Notes under the pieces: model-generated | Told to the model about the DNA's origin: nothing | The model's database searches: none | The model's input: the letters and a program-made list of their open reading frames with translations, nothing else | Program-made: the position numbers and the translations under genes | From: the human T2T-CHM13v2.0 reference genome, Homo sapiens | Reading direction: 5' to 3' (one strand) | Assembly (NCBI RefSeq): GCF_009914755.1 | Contig: NC_060926.1 | DNA length: 64,000 nt | Shown: in pieces, positions 60,411 through 64,000 of the stretch | Layout: every line of letters starts with the position of its first letter | Numbering within the stretch: the stretch's first letter is position 1

Positions 60411-62273
60411 AAAACATTGGGGAAACCTTCCAGGAAATTGGTCTGGTCTGGGAAAAGATTTCTTCAGTAATACCCTACAAGCACAGGCAACCAAAGCAAA
60501 AATAAACGAATGGGATCATATCAAGTTAAAAAGCTTTTGCACATCAGAAAAGTGAAGACGCAACCCACAGACTGGGAGAAAACATTTGCAAACTACTAGT
60601 CTGATAAGGGATTAGTAACCAGACTATATAAGGAGTTCAAACAACTCTACAGGGAAAAGAAAAAAAAATCAAATGATCTGATCAAAAAACGGGCAAAAGA
60701 TCTGAACAGACATTTCTCAAAAGGAGACAAACAAATGGGATACAGGATATGAAAACATCACTGATCATCAGAGAAATGCAAATCAAAACTACAGAAAGAT
60801 ATCATCTTTCTCCATTTAAAATTGTTTTTATCCAAAAGACAGGCAATAACAAATGTTGGCAAGGATGTAGAGAAAAGGGAATCTTCGTACACTGTTGGCA
60901 GAAAGGTAAATTAGTACAACCACTATGGAGAACAGTTTGGGGGTTCCTCAAAAGACTAAAAATAAAACGACCATATGATCCAGCAATGCTGCTGCTAGGT
61001 ATATACCCAAAAGAAAAAAATCAGTATATAGAAGATACATCTGCACTTTCATGTTTACTGCAGCACTAGTCACTACAGCTACAATTTGGAAGCAACCTGT
61101 GTCTATCAATATACGAATGGATAAAGAAATGTGGTACATATACACGATGAAGTACTACTCATCCATATAAAAGAATGAGATCCTGTCATTTCCAACAACA
61201 TGGTGGAACTGGAGGACTTTATGTTAAGTGAAATAAGCCAGACACAGAAAAAACAAACTTCACATGTTCTCACTTATTTGTGGGAGCTAAAAATTTAAAC
61301 AACTGAACTCATGCGATAGAGAGTACTAGAAAGATGGTTACTAGAGTCTAGGAAAGGTAGTCAGAGGGTGGAGGGGAGGCAGAGATGGTTAATGGGTACA
61401 AAAATATAGTTAGAATAAGATCTAGTATTTGATAGCATAACAATGTAGTTACAGTCAATAATAACTTACTATACATTTTAAAATAACAAAGAGTATAATT
61501 GGATTGTCTGTAACATAAGGAAGGGATACAGGCTTGAGGTGATGGACACCCTATTTACTCTAATATGATTATTAGACATTGTATGCCTGTATCAAAAATA
61601 TCTCATGTACCCCATAAGTATATATACTACGTACCCACAAAAATTAAAAATTAAAAGTAAAAATAAATTTTAAAAAATTCATTCATAACTAAACAAAGAT
61701 AATATGAGAGTAACTATCAAGTATCCAATAAGTGAACAAAATACACTCTTAGTTAAAACTACTACAAATAATACAACCTTCCACAGCGGTCTTGTTCTGG
61801 CAGGCAAGCTATAAAGACTAGAGAAGAACAGAGGGAAAAAAAAAAAACCTAAGAGTACTTTACTTGAACCAATATAAATACTTTCAGCTGTTCTTATCAA
61901 GTCCTCAGAACTCTGAGGGAGTGTTTTTATGAGAACTTAGGATGTAAAATTATGCTTTCCATTCCTATTATCATTCACTAATGACAGAGTAGTATTAGAG
62001 TATGATGAATGGCTTGTTCTCTCCATATCTGAGATGGAGAAAAAGTAAGATAATTCTGTAAATAAATTAAATCACTGTCTAGGAGACAGAAATCTGCTAT
62101 AATCTTTTAAATATCCTTAAATACAGAAACATCTAATTCAAGGCAGAAAGATAAATCACAAATCTTACTCTTTTTTGTTTTAAAATAAAGACAAGAAATT
62201 TCTTATACATACAGATGAGTTTTAAGTCAACTACATTTCTATCTTAGACAAAACTGTTTAAGAGCTCACCTAC

Positions 62274-62401
62274 CTTAAAATATTCTACAAGATCTCTACA
62301 AGTGACTTTAGATCCACTTATCTCTTTTTCTACCAAATTTTCAGGGGCAAGCAGCAATGGAACCAGATTTCGAAGCTCGCGTTTAAAGTCTTCATCAATA
62401 T
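62274..62401 (-). CDS. ATL2: ATL2 coding exon: (D)[42 protein letters not shown]
   Basis: ttttctag| acceptor, AAG|gtagg donor; 128 nt completes the phase-1 codon; manual translation is atlastin-like. Confidence 0.96.
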
Positions 62402-63203
62402 CTAGAAAACAAAAAATTGAGCAACATATTAGTCCAAAAAAAATTAGGTCCCCACTGGTACGATTTCATAAAATTCTGTTTTATGAAATAAGAATACATA
62501 GTATCTATTACTGAAGTGGATTCATTTTTTAAAAAAAAGCTCATCCAACATGCCATATCTCATAGGAAAAAATATAATCCCCCTTACTCTACTAGCCCAT
62601 TTTCCCCAACCCCCTAGTAACACTGCCAGTTCAAATAACAAATAAAACATCAATAAATTTGTGGACTACCAAGACAAATTTCACATTTAGTATTAACGAA
62701 AATGTCCTTTTCAAGAGGCAAACAATTCATAAAATTGTATTAAATTTTACTACTAGATTATGTTTTACCAGCCATACTGTAAAAGTTTTGTCAATCCCCA
62801 AATGTTTTGCCAACACACTCAAAATAATCCTACAACATACATAAACTGTACTATCACTCCTGAAACAGACACTTATATCTGATTTCATCAATATAATAAA
62901 ATGATAAAGCCTTTTAGCAGACTGCAATCAATTGAAAAGAAATGCTCTCAGCCTTCAGAATTTTCAGGACATCACTGCTGAGCAACAGACATTATAAAAT
63001 AGGTTAATCAATATGCTAGACAGCTGCAAACAAATCAATGGAATGCTAGAGAAACAACACAGAGCATTACAACCACAACATGAACAATGCATCCAAACAT
63101 TCTCCAGTATAAGACAGGACATTTAAGGCGTCATGTATTTTCTTAAAAAACTTTCCACCTCTAATAAATAAGTTCAGATTTTAGCAAGAATGGGAATTCC
63201 CAC

Positions 63204-63342
63204 CTTTCAATCTCCCATCAAAACTAGGATTAGTTGCAACTTTAAGACCAGGATGTGGCAAAAGGAAGCAACCAAGATTTGAGAAACAATTGTGTATGTG
63301 CTTCCTTACATTCTGAAGCTCTTCATGTTGATTTTGTTTTAC
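63204..63342 (-). CDS. ATL2: ATL2 coding exon (probably exon 8), GTPase domain: [46 protein letters not shown]
   Basis: Atlastin/GBP-type LPHPG motif; acceptor ctcag| and donor AAG|gtggg; 139 nt, ends in phase 1 matching the next exon. Confidence 0.96.
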
Positions 63343-63458
63343 CTGAGGGCGGAGAGAGACAGGTGAAATTGTAAACAGCAGAAAGAAAATTTTTTTAAAG
63401 AAAATGCACACAGACTCGCATGCACACTATGCACACTTAACTCAGATGGTACTCCTAA

Positions 63459-63820
<362 letters not shown>

Positions 63821-64000
63821 CAACCCCACATTTTCTTAAACCACAAAAGATGTTTTTCCCAAGTAAGCTGCCTGGAACAGCAAAAACTACAAATAAGGTA
63901 GTTAATCACAGTATCTAATAACCAAATAACAAATTATGGCTGTGACTTATACACCAGTAAATAAATTAAGAATTTACCTTTAAAGTACTTACAACAGCAA

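Overview
Human (primate) genomic DNA, recognisable as the 3' half of ATL2 (atlastin-2, an ER-fusion GTPase) on the minus strand plus about 46 kb of repeat-rich downstream sequence. Five constitutive ATL2 coding exons splice in frame (63204-63342, 62274-62401, 53167-53223, 52151-52222, 51039-51470). They are followed by a 15-nt RSPRK microexon and two competing terminal acceptors that encode different C-terminal tails. The rest of the window holds a full-length GAPDH processed pseudogene with TSDs, a TSD-bounded L1MA in an ATL2 intron, a near-complete Tigger1 interrupted by an Alu and a HERV-K LTR5 solo LTR, two decayed ERVL-class proviral remnants, MaLR/ERV1 solo LTRs and about 30 Alus. I found no convincing novel protein-coding gene or multi-gene system. 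The most interesting unexplained signals are: a CpG-retaining non-repeat block with a strong spare donor site in the last ATL2 intron; the microexon/alternative-tail architecture; several templated-insertion or fold-back repair scars, including an inverted duplication with arms of about 150-190 bp inside the ATL2 pre-mRNA; and an old ~190-bp local duplication. Repeat subfamily names are from recall of consensus sequences and are approximate.
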